Below are positions 18,261 through 28,973 of a stretch of 64,000 bases of DNA, one piece after another. The first letter of the stretch is position 1. Each line of letters begins with the position of its first letter. The translations under genes were made by a program, and so were the position numbers. The notes beneath the pieces were generated by a model. That model ran no database searches. It saw nothing but the letters and a program-made list of their open reading frames with translations, and was not told the DNA's origin. The stretch is from Patescibacteria group bacterium (GTDB lineage Bacteria > Patescibacteriota > Patescibacteriia > JBHPGJ01). Location: contig JBHPGJ010000007.1 of the NCBI GenBank assembly GCA_042570545.1, positions 275 to 64,274 of the forward strand, written 5' to 3'.

Positions 18261-18743
18261 ATGCTGAAACGACTTGTGCTTTGCAGCCTAGTAGCTGCAG
18301 TCTGTATGCTTCTGGTGGGCTTTGCTCACGCGCCTCCAGTCACGGCGTGTGACAATACGGCGTCAACGACGATAGCAGCCGACGACACGGCAATCGTCCC
18401 GGCACAGGCAAGTGCCGACGCCAGCTCCACTTTGACGACCGCCAAGACCAACGGCGAAACCGCGAGATCGTGGGATAATCCGTACAACAAGTGCGACGTC
18501 CAGATCGACGAAGAGACCGGCCAGACCGCCATTCACGGCATGATCCACACGTACACGGCCAACGCAAAGAACAAGGCCCAAGCGACGGTGGACGGAACCC
18601 AAGTTGGAATGGTTCTACTCTCGAATGGCGAAAACGTGCAAGATTGGCGCGTGGCGATGGTGCTCAACTCTGACGAGGGCAACAGGATTCAGGGGTATCC
18701 CCTGAAATTCTCGAACCACTCGTTCTTCATATTGTCGGTGTAG
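18261..18743 (+). CDS. Secreted hypothetical protein
   Basis: Signal peptide ending AHA, Ala/Thr linker, GC-richer codons; promoter TTGACC(18080)-N17-TATTAT. Confidence 0.7.
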   Translation: MLKRLVLCSLVAAVCMLLVGFAHAPPVTACDNTASTTIAADDTAIVPAQASADASSTLTTAKTNGETARSWDNPYNKCDVQIDEETGQTAIHGMIHTYTANAKNKAQATVDGTQVGMVLLSNGENVQDWRVAMVLNSDEGNRIQGYPLKFSNHSFFILSV

Positions 18744-18778
18744 CTCGTCGGAAGTCCCTAAACAGGGAATGTTCACAC

Positions 18779-18824
18779 GCCCCCCGAAATATGGTAATCC
18801 AATTTGCTCATCGGGGGGGCTTTA
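18779..18824. terminator. GC-stem hairpin between convergent genes
   Basis: GCCCCCCGA...TCGGGGGGC followed by TTT. Confidence 0.6.
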
Positions 18825-19634
18825 ATTTACTAATATTTTTTTCACTCGCGGCCAGCTATAAGTATTTATTATCCGATTTTTATTAATACCAAAACCTTCC
18901 AGATATTTAATGGCAATCTCAGCATGCTTGATGTCGTTAGTTATATGCTGTCTTATTGGGCGATCGATCATCTCGGGATGAGTATCGGTACCGAAAGCAA
19001 TCAGTAAACGGCTGCGGGCCACCATTTTCAGAACTGACTGGTATAAAGGGTAGTTGATATTATATTCGATGATTTTATTGTACTGCTCACAGGCATTAAT
19101 AATGTCCTGCCAATCACTGTCTGATAACTTGGTAATGAATCTTGTCAGATGACCGATGATATCAACATGCTTGTTTTTTACTACGCCCAAAAAACCATTC
19201 TTAATATTATTTTTTGATAGCCTTCGGGTTGGCCGATGATTTGAAGCTATAACTACATCAAGCTGTTTTAGGACGTCGTCACTGAGACCGACCTGTCCGG
19301 TAGCATTGATAATATTTGTTTCCACTCCGGACATCAGCTTAATGCCTTTAGGATTGTGTTTGCGATTCAATTTGCTTATTTGAAAATGGTGCTCCAGCAG
19401 TTTGTGCGCATCCTCAAAAGAGGCCGGCTTAGTAGCGGTCGGAAACTGGGTATGATTGGTAATGGCAATATATTGATAGCCGAGCTTGTAGGCAATATTA
19501 CCCACTTTAATCATCTCCTTAACCGCGCCGATACCGCAGCCCTTGTGGTAATCAATAAGTTGTCCAGTCTGATGCCCCATCTTACAAGCCGAGTGGGTAG
19601 AATGAAAATGTAGATCGCCTTTAATAATAGACAT
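18822..19634 (-). CDS. PHP-domain phosphoesterase (YcdX/PolX-PHP-like)
   Basis: DLHFHS, AITNH, GVETN, IASNH, IGH and GTDTH metal ligands. Confidence 0.88.
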   Translation of the reverse strand: MSIIKGDLHFHSTHSACKMGHQTGQLIDYHKGCGIGAVKEMIKVGNIAYKLGYQYIAITNHTQFPTATKPASFEDAHKLLEHHFQISKLNRKHNPKGIKLMSGVETNIINATGQVGLSDDVLKQLDVVIASNHRPTRRLSKNNIKNGFLGVVKNKHVDIIGHLTRFITKLSDSDWQDIINACEQYNKIIEYNINYPLYQSVLKMVARSRLLIAFGTDTHPEMIDRPIRQHITNDIKHAEIAIKYLEGFGINKNRIINTYSWPRVKKILVN

Positions 19635-19635
19635 T

Positions 19636-20340
19636 TTATAATTTTATCAGCTGAGCATTACTTTTAATAAAATCTGGCCGACTATTCTTTTTTATTTTAT
19701 CGTAAAGCATAGCCGGAATGCCAATATCGCCAAGAAATATTTTACCTGAATTAATTTTTGCATCTTTTAGTTTAAATAATTTCTTTGGCAAAGCTAGGGT
19801 TAGTGTCGCCCAAGCTTTTATACAAGGTTCATAACAAAAACCAGCAGTGGCCGATATCCCCGATGGCATATCATAAGCTACAATTTTTCCTTTGGCTTTA
19901 TTCATTAGATTAATGGCTACGGCAAAGTCTTTTCTGGGTGCCCCGCTAAGATTATAACCGATAAGCGAGTCGATAAGTATATCAGCATTTTTTATCCACT
20001 GATGTGATTTTTTATTATTAAAGCTGATTATAGCCAGCTTCATTTTCTTAAGCAGTTGCTGGTGGTGTTTGGCATCCGGACTTAACTTGGCAGAAAGCAT
20101 AATGACTTTTATGTTCTTCCAACCATTGTTAACAAGATGTCTGGCAGCACATAAACCGTCACCACCCTTATTGCCCTTGCCGACAACAACCACTATTTTT
20201 ACTTTTTTGCCAATACCAAGCCGTTTAAAAAGGGGGACAATATTAATACCAGCCAATTCCATCATTTGTCTGATCTCCAGTCCGTTATTAATTGCTAGAT
20301 CATCTAGTCTGGCCATTTCCCTGGCAGAAGCGTAGTACAT
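19636..20340 (-). CDS. nnrE: NAD(P)H-hydrate epimerase (YjeF_N)
   Basis: MMELAG, GKGNKGGDG, IDSLIGY and DMPSG motifs; start trimmed to MYYASAREM. Confidence 0.9.
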   Translation of the reverse strand: MYYASAREMARLDDLAINNGLEIRQMMELAGINIVPLFKRLGIGKKVKIVVVVGKGNKGGDGLCAARHLVNNGWKNIKVIMLSAKLSPDAKHHQQLLKKMKLAIISFNNKKSHQWIKNADILIDSLIGYNLSGAPRKDFAVAINLMNKAKGKIVAYDMPSGISATAGFCYEPCIKAWATLTLALPKKLFKLKDAKINSGKIFLGDIGIPAMLYDKIKKNSRPDFIKSNAQLIKL

Positions 20341-20354
20341 ATTGGGGGAATGAT

Positions 20355-21332
20355 TTATTCGGCGATTAATTTTTTCAACTCTTCTACTATTGGCACCAGT
20401 TCTGATTCCAGACCGTATTGTTCGGCGGTGTGATAAGCTAGCCAATCGCTAACAACTAGATTACGGAATAGAATTTCAAATTTAGTAGAACCTTGTAGTT
20501 CATAACTAGTTACCGGTAAGCCGCGGTCGGTGTATATTTTTTCAGTCACGGCCATTCGCTTCTTAATAAGAGGATGATCATCAATGTCTTTAAGGAAAAT
20601 AAAGTGGAAATTACTCGAAAGAGATTTGGTTACATCTTTGACATCGAAGCCATTAATCTCGTTGTGATTAAGTTCGGGAAATATATTGTAAAAAGCGGGA
20701 ATTTTACCTGTTTCATTCAGTTTAATCTTCCAGATGTATGCCAAGATACGATTTTTCTCAGAAGCATAAATTATTGGCACTTTATTTTTTAATTTTTCCA
20801 TCAAGTCCTTACCTTCTTTTTCCAGAGCTGGTGGATCAATCAAGGTCACTAATTTACTAGCTTCTTTTAGTCCCTTTTCATTATTCATGGCTTTTAAATG
20901 GGCCATAATGCTGAAGCCAAGGGCAGAACGAGGTTGGATGCCAGTATCCGGTAATTGGATGTATGGAGTACCGTCTTTTTTTGCTATCTCTAATAGTTTG
21001 TGACCGGTTGATATACTAATAACATTTAATCCTTTTTCCCGAGCCACATGATAACCATCGATTGCTTCTTCAGTGCCGCCGGAATATGAACTTGCTATTA
21101 TGGTGGTATCTTTTAATTCTTTATCAGTAACCCTGGTAGGTAAGCTATAATTGCCGTGTACGATTAAAGGTAGTTTTGGATCCCAGACTTGTAACAAGTC
21201 AGCTGCTTGACGAGAACCACCCATGCCGGTGACTAAAAAATTATCTTTCTTTTCATATTTATCAGCATTTACTATTTCTGGCTGGTATGAGAATTGTTTT
21301 GCAAAATCTTTTATTGCTTGATACATACCCAT
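20355..21332 (-). CDS. pgi: Bifunctional phosphoglucose/phosphomannose isomerase (SIS family)
   Basis: GMGGS, SSYSGGTEE, QPRSA, NETGK and PELNHNE motifs. Confidence 0.93.
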   Translation of the reverse strand: MGMYQAIKDFAKQFSYQPEIVNADKYEKKDNFLVTGMGGSRQAADLLQVWDPKLPLIVHGNYSLPTRVTDKELKDTTIIASSYSGGTEEAIDGYHVAREKGLNVISISTGHKLLEIAKKDGTPYIQLPDTGIQPRSALGFSIMAHLKAMNNEKGLKEASKLVTLIDPPALEKEGKDLMEKLKNKVPIIYASEKNRILAYIWKIKLNETGKIPAFYNIFPELNHNEINGFDVKDVTKSLSSNFHFIFLKDIDDHPLIKKRMAVTEKIYTDRGLPVTSYELQGSTKFEILFRNLVVSDWLAYHTAEQYGLESELVPIVEELKKLIAE

Positions 21333-21392
21333 TTATTATTTCCCCTTTCTGTTGTTGATGTAATTATAATGATACTAATAGCTTTAATAAAA

Positions 21393-22259
21393 TCACATTT
21401 TAATTAACTTATTCCAATCGGCAGCGAATTTATCTAAACCACTATCAGTTAACTCATGCTTAAGATCATATTTATCCCAAGATTGAGAAAAATCTAATGA
21501 TTTAACAGGAATTGGTTTTAATCCACTTGCTGGATATTGATAATCGTTGTCAGGCAGATACCGGTCATTATCAACCCATTCTTTCAGAGCTTTATAAGGA
21601 GCGGTTAAAATATCTGATCTTAGAGCTAAGGCATATTTAAGATGTTCAATACTTCGGATGCTGGCAGTGAGCACCTCAACCGGCGAATTATTTTCCCGAT
21701 ACATGGTGATAATATTTTTAATTAGTTCCATGCCGTCCTCCCCACGATCGTCCAGACGGCCGACAAAAGGTGATAGAAATACGTCGCCTTGATTAGCATT
21801 CTTTCCCATTATTGCCACGGCGGCAGCCTGTTCCTGGGAAAATACCAGGGTTATATTTACTCGCATGCCGGAAGCTAGTGATTTTTCTGCCGCTTTAAGA
21901 CCTTCAGCAGTGACGGGATATTTAATATGAGCGTTAGGTATCCACTGGTATAATTTCTCTCCCTGATTAAACATTTGCTCGGCCGTAGTATTATTGTCAG
22001 CATAAACTTCTAAAGATACCGATCCATTGGGTATCAATCCGGAAATCTCTTGAGCAATCTTTTTATAAAAAACCAGCAATTCTTCTTCTGATATTTTTTC
22101 CCCACGCTCAAAACGTGCTGCAGCTTCAGTATTCTTTACTACCAAGCTAGGATTCGTTGTTTGACCGTCAAGCCAACCTAGTGCCTCAATCACTGATTTA
22201 GTTTCAGCTGGATCACCACTATCAAGAAAGATCTTGGTCTTTAGATCCTTGGGCCTCAT
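21393..22259 (-). CDS. tal: Transaldolase
   Basis: IFLDS, GQTTNPSL, Schiff-base HIK.P, NITLVFS, SPFVGRLDD and ASIR motifs. Confidence 0.92.
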   Translation of the reverse strand: MRPKDLKTKIFLDSGDPAETKSVIEALGWLDGQTTNPSLVVKNTEAAARFERGEKISEEELLVFYKKIAQEISGLIPNGSVSLEVYADNNTTAEQMFNQGEKLYQWIPNAHIKYPVTAEGLKAAEKSLASGMRVNITLVFSQEQAAAVAIMGKNANQGDVFLSPFVGRLDDRGEDGMELIKNIITMYRENNSPVEVLTASIRSIEHLKYALALRSDILTAPYKALKEWVDNDRYLPDNDYQYPASGLKPIPVKSLDFSQSWDKYDLKHELTDSGLDKFAADWNKLIKM

Positions 22260-22261
22260 AA

Positions 22262-22969
22262 TTATTTTCTCTTACGTTTTTTAATAATAAAATTAGCTGC
22301 CTCTCTAGCCCCGTCAACTAAATGGTAAATATGCTTATCAGCTGGACTGATGGCTGAGAATTTCTGATAGACATCGGTATTGATCCAATTAATTAGAGGA
22401 TTCCAATATTTCTTATGTACCAGCACTATCGGCAAGGGCCGTTTCTTCTTAGTCTGTACCAGCGTTATCATTTCAAAAAATTCATCCAAAGTTCCAAAAC
22501 CGCCAGGAAAAAAAGCATAAGCTTGCGAAGCAAATGACAGAATCACCTTCCGGGTAAAGAAATAATGAAACGATTCTGACTCCCGGACATACTTATTGAC
22601 CCTTTGCTCTTGGGGAAGCTGGATATTGATACCGACCGATTTTCCCCCAGCATCATAAGCGCCATGATTTGCCGCTTGCATCACACCCGGCCCACCACCA
22701 GTTACGATAGTATAGCCCTTTTTCGATAAGTTATAGGCTAAGCGGTAGGCTTTTTGGTAGAGTTTGTGTTTTTCGCCACAGCGGGCAGAACCAAAAATAC
22801 TGACAGTATTTTTATAACGACTGATGAAATCAAATCCCTGCACAAATTCACTTTGGATTTTTAATATACGCCAAGGAGTTACTTCTTTTTCCTTAACAGC
22901 CAATAATTCCTTAATCCGTTCGTCGGTTAATGTGATATCAATTGTTTCTGTTCTTCCTTTTTTGGGCAT
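22262..22969 (-). CDS. LOG-family (TIGR00730) nucleotide phosphoribohydrolase
   Basis: VSIFGSAR, TGGGPGVM and PGGFGTLDE motifs. Confidence 0.93.
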   Translation of the reverse strand: MPKKGRTETIDITLTDERIKELLAVKEKEVTPWRILKIQSEFVQGFDFISRYKNTVSIFGSARCGEKHKLYQKAYRLAYNLSKKGYTIVTGGGPGVMQAANHGAYDAGGKSVGINIQLPQEQRVNKYVRESESFHYFFTRKVILSFASQAYAFFPGGFGTLDEFFEMITLVQTKKKRPLPIVLVHKKYWNPLINWINTDVYQKFSAISPADKHIYHLVDGAREAANFIIKKRKRK

Positions 22970-22970
22970 T

Positions 22971-23888
22971 TTATTTTCCCTGGTAGATGTCCATTATTGT
23001 ATTTAAGAAGCTCACCGCTTCATCATGAGGACGCTGGAAAGAATTGCGACCAATGATCGAACCAAAACCACTGCCATCATTGATAGTCCGAACTTCTTCG
23101 AAAACTTCTTCATCGCCCTTTTTGCCACCACCAGAAAAAATTACAATCCTTTTACCGGCAAATGCACTCTGGACTACGTGTCTTACCCGATCAGCCTGAG
23201 TAGATATGGGTACGTTTTCTTTTTCGTATACTTCTTTAGCTTTTTTCTGCTCTAGATGATCGGTTGGTAATTTTACTTTAATGATATGCGCTCCCATTTG
23301 AGCCGCTAAATGTGCCGCGTAAGCAACTACGTCAATCGCTGTTTCACCCTCCTTGCTTAGACTAGAACCTCGTGGATAGGACCAGACGACTAAGGGCAGA
23401 CCAAAATGATGAGCCTCATCTCTGACATATCTTAATTGTTCATACATTGTCCGCCATTTGGCTGACCCGGGATAGATCGTAAAACCAACCGCACTACAAC
23501 CAAGCCGAGAGGCATCCTCGACTGTTGAAGTAAGAGCTGGTATCGGATCATCTTCCGACACTACGGAGTCATGATTGTTTAATTTTAAAATAAGAGGAAT
23601 TTTAGCAGCATATTGGTGAGCAATATGCTTGATGAAGCCGTATGGTGCGGCGTAAGCATTGCAGCCGGCATCAATAGCTAAATTAACGTGATACTCTGGA
23701 TCATATCCGTCAGGATTAACTGCAAAGCTCCGCGCTGGTCCGTGTTCAAATCCCTGATCAACTGGCAGAATAACCAACTTGCCTGTACCGCCTAGTCGGC
23801 CAGACATCAATATCTTAGTCAGATTTTGCTTGACTTTGATGCTATCAAAGTTATAGCCTGAAAGAATATTTTTTACTGCTTCGGTCAT
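22971..23888 (-). CDS. fbaB: Class I fructose-bisphosphate aldolase (DhnA type)
   Basis: ILPVDQGFEHGP, VGFTIYPGS, WSYPRG, IIKVK and SIIGRN motifs. Confidence 0.95.
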   Translation of the reverse strand: MTEAVKNILSGYNFDSIKVKQNLTKILMSGRLGGTGKLVILPVDQGFEHGPARSFAVNPDGYDPEYHVNLAIDAGCNAYAAPYGFIKHIAHQYAAKIPLILKLNNHDSVVSEDDPIPALTSTVEDASRLGCSAVGFTIYPGSAKWRTMYEQLRYVRDEAHHFGLPLVVWSYPRGSSLSKEGETAIDVVAYAAHLAAQMGAHIIKVKLPTDHLEQKKAKEVYEKENVPISTQADRVRHVVQSAFAGKRIVIFSGGGKKGDEEVFEEVRTINDGSGFGSIIGRNSFQRPHDEAVSFLNTIMDIYQGK

Positions 23889-23942
23889 AATTATTTAGAT
23901 TAATTATTACAACTTAACTATACCAAAAATCGGTGATTTAAG

Positions 23943-24974
23943 TTATGTTTTTTTGGAAAATGCTTCTTGATGCTTGAGATATTGTTTTACATCAGACTTG
24001 CTGCCCAGTACTAGCGGTACTCTTTGATGTAGTTCGGTGGGCTTGATGTCTAGTATTTTTTCCTGTCCGGTAGTGGCAAGTCCGCCAGCCTGCTCGACCA
24101 GCATGGCCATTGGCGAAACTTCATAAAGCAATCTAAGTTTCGGTTTAAAGGCCTGACCGTCATATGAGCGGGGATAAAGGAATATGCCGCCCTTTAGTAT
24201 TGTCCGATGAACATCGGCCACCATTGTTCCAATATAACGCAAACTGGGACGTCTAGCCTTGGGTAAATTTTTTATCGATTCCAGATAAGAGCGAGTGCCG
24301 TCATCACATAAATTTGTATTGGCTTCATTAAGGCTATAGTATTTACCAGAATTAGGAATTTTAATATCAGGATGAGAAAGCAGAAACTCTCCCACGTCTG
24401 GCGAAAAAGTAAAACCGTGAGTGCCGTGACCGGAACTATAAACAAACATAGTGCTTGATCCAAAAAGGGCATAACCGGCAGCGATTTGCTCCCGGCCTTT
24501 TAGCAGCATTTCTTTCTGGCTGACCGGGCCTGATCGAGAAGATTTTCTTTTATATATTGAGAAGGTAGTTCCGACACTGGCATTGACGTCAATATTTGAG
24601 GAGCCGTCGAGAGGATCAAATAATACTAAATACTTACCCCTGGTATATGGCCGGGGAATTTGAATTACTTTTTCTACCTCTTCCGAGCCCATAGCAGCCA
24701 GGGTACCACTACGTCCCAAAACTTCGCGCATCACTTGATCAGCATATATGTCTAATCGCTGTTGAGTCTCGCCATGAACATTTTGTGATTCTGTTGCACC
24801 GATAATATCGGTCAAACCGGCTTGTCTGATTTCATGGCCGATTGTTTTCATGGCCAATATTAAATCAGAAAGCAGCTTCGTTAATTGTCCCGAGGCATGA
24901 TAAGCATTGCGCTCCTCTTCAATAAAGTGTCTTTGAACCGTTATCAGTTGTGTTGGATCTCGTCTTTCGGGCAT
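23943..24974 (-). CDS. fbp: Class 1 fructose-1,6-bisphosphatase
   Basis: DPLDGSSNID, RYIG.MVADVHR and KLRLLYE motifs. Confidence 0.96.
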   Translation of the reverse strand: MPERRDPTQLITVQRHFIEEERNAYHASGQLTKLLSDLILAMKTIGHEIRQAGLTDIIGATESQNVHGETQQRLDIYADQVMREVLGRSGTLAAMGSEEVEKVIQIPRPYTRGKYLVLFDPLDGSSNIDVNASVGTTFSIYKRKSSRSGPVSQKEMLLKGREQIAAGYALFGSSTMFVYSSGHGTHGFTFSPDVGEFLLSHPDIKIPNSGKYYSLNEANTNLCDDGTRSYLESIKNLPKARRPSLRYIGTMVADVHRTILKGGIFLYPRSYDGQAFKPKLRLLYEVSPMAMLVEQAGGLATTGQEKILDIKPTELHQRVPLVLGSKSDVKQYLKHQEAFSKKT

Positions 24975-26824
24975 TATTTTTTCTTATTAATTTTATTTAC
25001 CTCTTTGATAATCGCTTTATGGGAGATATTCTCGTAATCTAACAACTGTTCTGGCTTACCGCTCGTGGGGATCTTTCTGACCGCCAAATTGGTAATTGGT
25101 ATATTAACTTTAGACAAGACACTGTTTACCGCTTCACCCAAGCCGCCTTCCAAATAATGATCTTCAACCGTAATTATTGCCCTGGTCTCCCGGGCGGCGG
25201 TTTTTAGGGTTTTTATATCAATTGGTTTAAGGCTGTAAAGATCAATCACTCTAATATTAATATTTTGCTTCAATAATTTTTCGTAAGCAGTCAAAGTTTC
25301 GTATAGAGTAATACCCGCGGCCACTACTGTTACTGTGTCTTGTTTTGATTTTCTTAAAACCTTACTACCGCCAACTGGGAAACGGATTCCCGGTTTATAA
25401 ATTATCGGCATAGCCAGTCGAGACATGCGCAGATAGACCATGCCTTTTAATCTGGCTGCTGTTTCAACTAACCGATCAGTAGCTACCGCATCGGCTGGAT
25501 AGAATATATAACAAGTTTGTAATGAGCGAAACATAGCAATACCCTCTAGCCCCATTTGCGAGGGGCCATCTTCACCAATTGATACCCCGGCATGCGATCC
25601 AACGAATTTTATATTAGCATTTGAATACTGAGCCATGCGTATCTGGTCATAGGCACGCGTAAAAAAAGCGGCAAAAGTAGAAACAAAAGGCACCTTGCCC
25701 CTTTGTGCCAAGCCCAAAGCCGTGCTTACCATATTCTGTTCGGCAATGTACATTTCAAAAAAGCGTCTAGGATACCTATCCATAAAGAACTCAGAGCGAG
25801 TTGAGTTTCTTACTCCGGCATCCAGCACCACCATATTTGGATTAGCTGGGAATATTCTGACCAAAGCTTTGCCATAAGCCTTGCGCGTGGCAGTTGGTTC
25901 TTTATATAAAAAGGGTTTGCCGGCTTTTTTCACTTTCAGTTTCTTTATTTTCAATTTTTTTGGCTCATCAATGACACCGCGCACTTTTTTATCTATTGGT
26001 CCCAGAAATTGCAAGGCTTTTGTCAGCTCATTCTTATTCAATGCTTTACCGTGCCAGTCATCCTTATCGGCCAAAAAGGGGACGCCATTACCCTTGACGG
26101 TCTTGGCGATAATTATTGTTGGCTTACCTTTAACGGTCAAAGCCTTTTCATACGCTTTAAGCACTTGCGGTAAAGAATGTCCATTGTTGACGACTATAGC
26201 CTCCCAACCAAAAGCCGCGGCCCGGCGTTGATAAACTGCCAGATCATGACCATACATTGTTGAGCCAGCAATTTGACCTAATCTATTTACATCAACAATG
26301 GCAACTAGATTGTCCAATTTATAATGAGCGGCCAAAGCCATGGCTTCCCAGACGGAACCCTCGGCCATCTCACCATCACCCAATAATACATAAGTACGAT
26401 ACGGTAATTTATCTATATTTTTGGCGTTCAATGCCATTCCTAGCCCCATCGATAGACCCTGTCCCAATGAACCAGTGGCCGCTTCGGTATAAGGAAATTT
26501 CATCGTTGGATGCCCCTCAAATTTGCTGCCGAATTTTCTTAAGGTCATCAATGACTTCTCGGTAATTCTACCGGTAGCAGCCCAGGCGGCGTAAAATAAT
26601 GGCGAGGCATGACCTTTGGAGAAAATTAACCGGTCATTATTATAATAATCAGGCTGATTTAAATTATATTTAAATATGCCGCCATACATTAAACCTATTA
26701 TCAACTCAGCAGCTGATAATGATGAAGTAGGATGACCAGAACCAGCCGTAGTGGTTGATTTTAATATCCAATATTTTACTAATTTAGATATTTCTTCCAA
26801 GTTATTAGTTTCTTTCTTATTCAT
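24974..26824 (-). CDS. tkt: Transketolase
   Basis: SGHPTSS, SKGHA, TGSLGQG, TPP motif GDGE...N and GEDGPSQ. Confidence 0.96.
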   Translation of the reverse strand: MNKKETNNLEEISKLVKYWILKSTTTAGSGHPTSSLSAAELIIGLMYGGIFKYNLNQPDYYNNDRLIFSKGHASPLFYAAWAATGRITEKSLMTLRKFGSKFEGHPTMKFPYTEAATGSLGQGLSMGLGMALNAKNIDKLPYRTYVLLGDGEMAEGSVWEAMALAAHYKLDNLVAIVDVNRLGQIAGSTMYGHDLAVYQRRAAAFGWEAIVVNNGHSLPQVLKAYEKALTVKGKPTIIIAKTVKGNGVPFLADKDDWHGKALNKNELTKALQFLGPIDKKVRGVIDEPKKLKIKKLKVKKAGKPFLYKEPTATRKAYGKALVRIFPANPNMVVLDAGVRNSTRSEFFMDRYPRRFFEMYIAEQNMVSTALGLAQRGKVPFVSTFAAFFTRAYDQIRMAQYSNANIKFVGSHAGVSIGEDGPSQMGLEGIAMFRSLQTCYIFYPADAVATDRLVETAARLKGMVYLRMSRLAMPIIYKPGIRFPVGGSKVLRKSKQDTVTVVAAGITLYETLTAYEKLLKQNINIRVIDLYSLKPIDIKTLKTAARETRAIITVEDHYLEGGLGEAVNSVLSKVNIPITNLAVRKIPTSGKPEQLLDYENISHKAIIKEVNKINKKK

Positions 26825-27471
26825 ACGTCCTCCGGCGGAAAGTTAATTTCGTTATAGAATTTATTGATAGTATTTTTATAATTATCTGACTTTACGATGG
26901 CACTGCCGATAACACATCGATCAACTCCGGTGGCAACAACCTGATTAATATTTGCAAATTTGATACCACCATCCATACCAACTGTCATTGATGGCATTAA
27001 TTTTTTTAATTCCCTGGCCTTATTGAGAGCTGAGCCGACAAAAAGCTGAGATTGCTTACCCGGTATGACGCTCATTAGCAAGACTTCATTTATGAGGTTG
27101 AGATATTTTCTTATTGACGATATAGAAGTTTCCGGATTGAGAGCCAGTCCTCGCTCATAGGCAAAGGCATCCATGGCCTTGAGGGTAGTGTCAATATTAT
27201 CAGCAGCTTCGGCGTGGAATATAACCCTTTTAGCATCTACAGTTGCGCAATCACTGAAATATTTATCAGGCTTGTCAACCATAAGATGTATTTCAAAATT
27301 AAAATCGTTTATTGTTGCTCCTAAATCAGTAACCTTGATGGATTTGTTAGGTACAAAATGACCATCCATTATATCGATATGAACCCACCCAGTGAGGCCC
27401 TTGAGATTATTTAAAAAATTGTTAAGCTCCGCAGGGTTATCAGTCAGTATGGCGGGAATAATTTCTTTCAT
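26821..27471 (-). CDS. rpe: Ribulose-phosphate 3-epimerase
   Basis: HIDIMDGHFVPN, HLMV, MSV.PG and DGGI motifs. Confidence 0.95.
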   Translation of the reverse strand: MKEIIPAILTDNPAELNNFLNNLKGLTGWVHIDIMDGHFVPNKSIKVTDLGATINDFNFEIHLMVDKPDKYFSDCATVDAKRVIFHAEAADNIDTTLKAMDAFAYERGLALNPETSISSIRKYLNLINEVLLMSVIPGKQSQLFVGSALNKARELKKLMPSMTVGMDGGIKFANINQVVATGVDRCVIGSAIVKSDNYKNTINKFYNEINFPPEDV

Positions 27472-27920
27472 ATTCTATTTGCTTCGATTCGTTTAACTTT
27501 TCTAAGTCGTCGTCTATGTCTGACAGCTCCGCTAAACTTTGCTGCTAGCCAAGTTTTTGCGATTTTTTTTATCTGACTGACGGGTAGATAGTCTTGAGCC
27601 AGACACAAGACATTAGTGTTATCATCTAGTCGGGAACTCTTAGCATGTTTAACATCGCTGGTAAGGACAGCTCGAACTCCCTTAGTCTTATTAGCGACAA
27701 TACTCACACCAACCCCATTACGACAAATCAGAATCCCGCGAGAATTTTTTATCCGTCCCACTTGTCTAGCAACTTTTTTTGCATAATCGGGATAATCATC
27801 TCTTGAATCGTATTTAAAATTACCCAAATCTTTTAAGTCATAACCTAACTTTAACAAATATGGCCTGAGCAGCTCTTTAGTACGATAACCGCCATGATCT
27901 GATCCGATATATACCTTCAT
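27468..27920 (-). CDS. rpiB: Ribose-5-phosphate isomerase B
   Basis: IGSDHGG, DYPD, LIC..GVG.SI.ANK and RH.RR motifs. Confidence 0.95.
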   Translation of the reverse strand: MKVYIGSDHGGYRTKELLRPYLLKLGYDLKDLGNFKYDSRDDYPDYAKKVARQVGRIKNSRGILICRNGVGVSIVANKTKGVRAVLTSDVKHAKSSRLDDNTNVLCLAQDYLPVSQIKKIAKTWLAAKFSGAVRHRRRLRKVKRIEANRI

Positions 27921-28031
27921 TGGTGTAATGAGTATTAATTATTCTACTTCATTGTAGCGTAATTGATGTCTAGACGCTAACCTTAATAGTTGACTCTGGA
28001 TAAGAATTTATTAATCGATAAGACTTTGTAT

Positions 28032-28796
28032 TTATAGAAAATCTAGTAATTTATCATAATTAATAAAGTTGAAGGTTTGGAAAAACCAACCTACCCAGAC
28101 GCCCAGCTTATTGGTTACTAATAGTATGCCAATGAAAACTAAAAATGCTCCACCAGCAATGGATAATCGGTTTAACCATTTACCCATTTTTCGAAAATGT
28201 TTCATGGCCCAGCCAACGCTGCCGGCTAAGATAAGAAAGGGCACAGCCAAGCCTAGAGAAAATACCGCTAGCAATAAAGCGCCTTGCGCAACGGTGGCTG
28301 AAGAAGACGCCAACAACAGAATCGAACCCAGTATTGGTCCAACACAAGGCGTCCAGCCAAAAGCAAAGGTGGCCCCAAAAATTGTTGAGCTGATTGGCGT
28401 TCCCGGCTTTAAGTGTTTGCTGGGACTAAATCTTTTCTCAGAATTCAGGAAATTAAATATTCTGGCTTTAAAGACATGCATCATGAACAAGCCAAAAAAT
28501 ATGACAAACACACCGCCGATACGTGATAACCAGATGCGATGTTTTACTAGGGCTGATCCACCCAAGCCAAATAGACTGCCAAGTAATATAAATACCAGAC
28601 TGAACCCGATAACGTAAAAAACGCCATTTAAGAATATTTTTTTTCTGGCCCTTTTTAATTTATCTGGATCGTTTAGTTCTTCATAAGATACCCCGCTAAT
28701 AAAACCCAAGTAACCCGGTACCAACGGCAGGGTACAGGGGGCAAGAAACGTAAGCATGCCTGCTATGAATGATGGAATTATCAAAGAGTAATCCAT
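28032..28796 (-). CDS. ccdA: CcdA/DsbD transmembrane thiol-disulfide transporter
   Basis: PCTLPLVP and WTPCVGP Cys motifs; about 6 TMs. Confidence 0.92.
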   Translation of the reverse strand: MDYSLIIPSFIAGMLTFLAPCTLPLVPGYLGFISGVSYEELNDPDKLKRARKKIFLNGVFYVIGFSLVFILLGSLFGLGGSALVKHRIWLSRIGGVFVIFFGLFMMHVFKARIFNFLNSEKRFSPSKHLKPGTPISSTIFGATFAFGWTPCVGPILGSILLLASSSATVAQGALLLAVFSLGLAVPFLILAGSVGWAMKHFRKMGKWLNRLSIAGGAFLVFIGILLVTNKLGVWVGWFFQTFNFINYDKLLDFL

Positions 28797-28973
28797 TGAA
28801 TATTTAAGGGTTGTTAATTCTTTATATTTTCAATATTAATAAATCTTCTTTATTAATAATAATTATACCATTAATCATTGATGGAAAAAGTATTTTCAAC
28901 AAAATCATCTTAATTATTATTTGTACAAAGTCCGTCTCTAACGTATTATAATGATGGTTGGTGTAAAAAATAA

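Noticed and set aside
23943-27920. Calvin cycle operon
   Set aside because: No phosphoribulokinase or RuBisCO gene in the window
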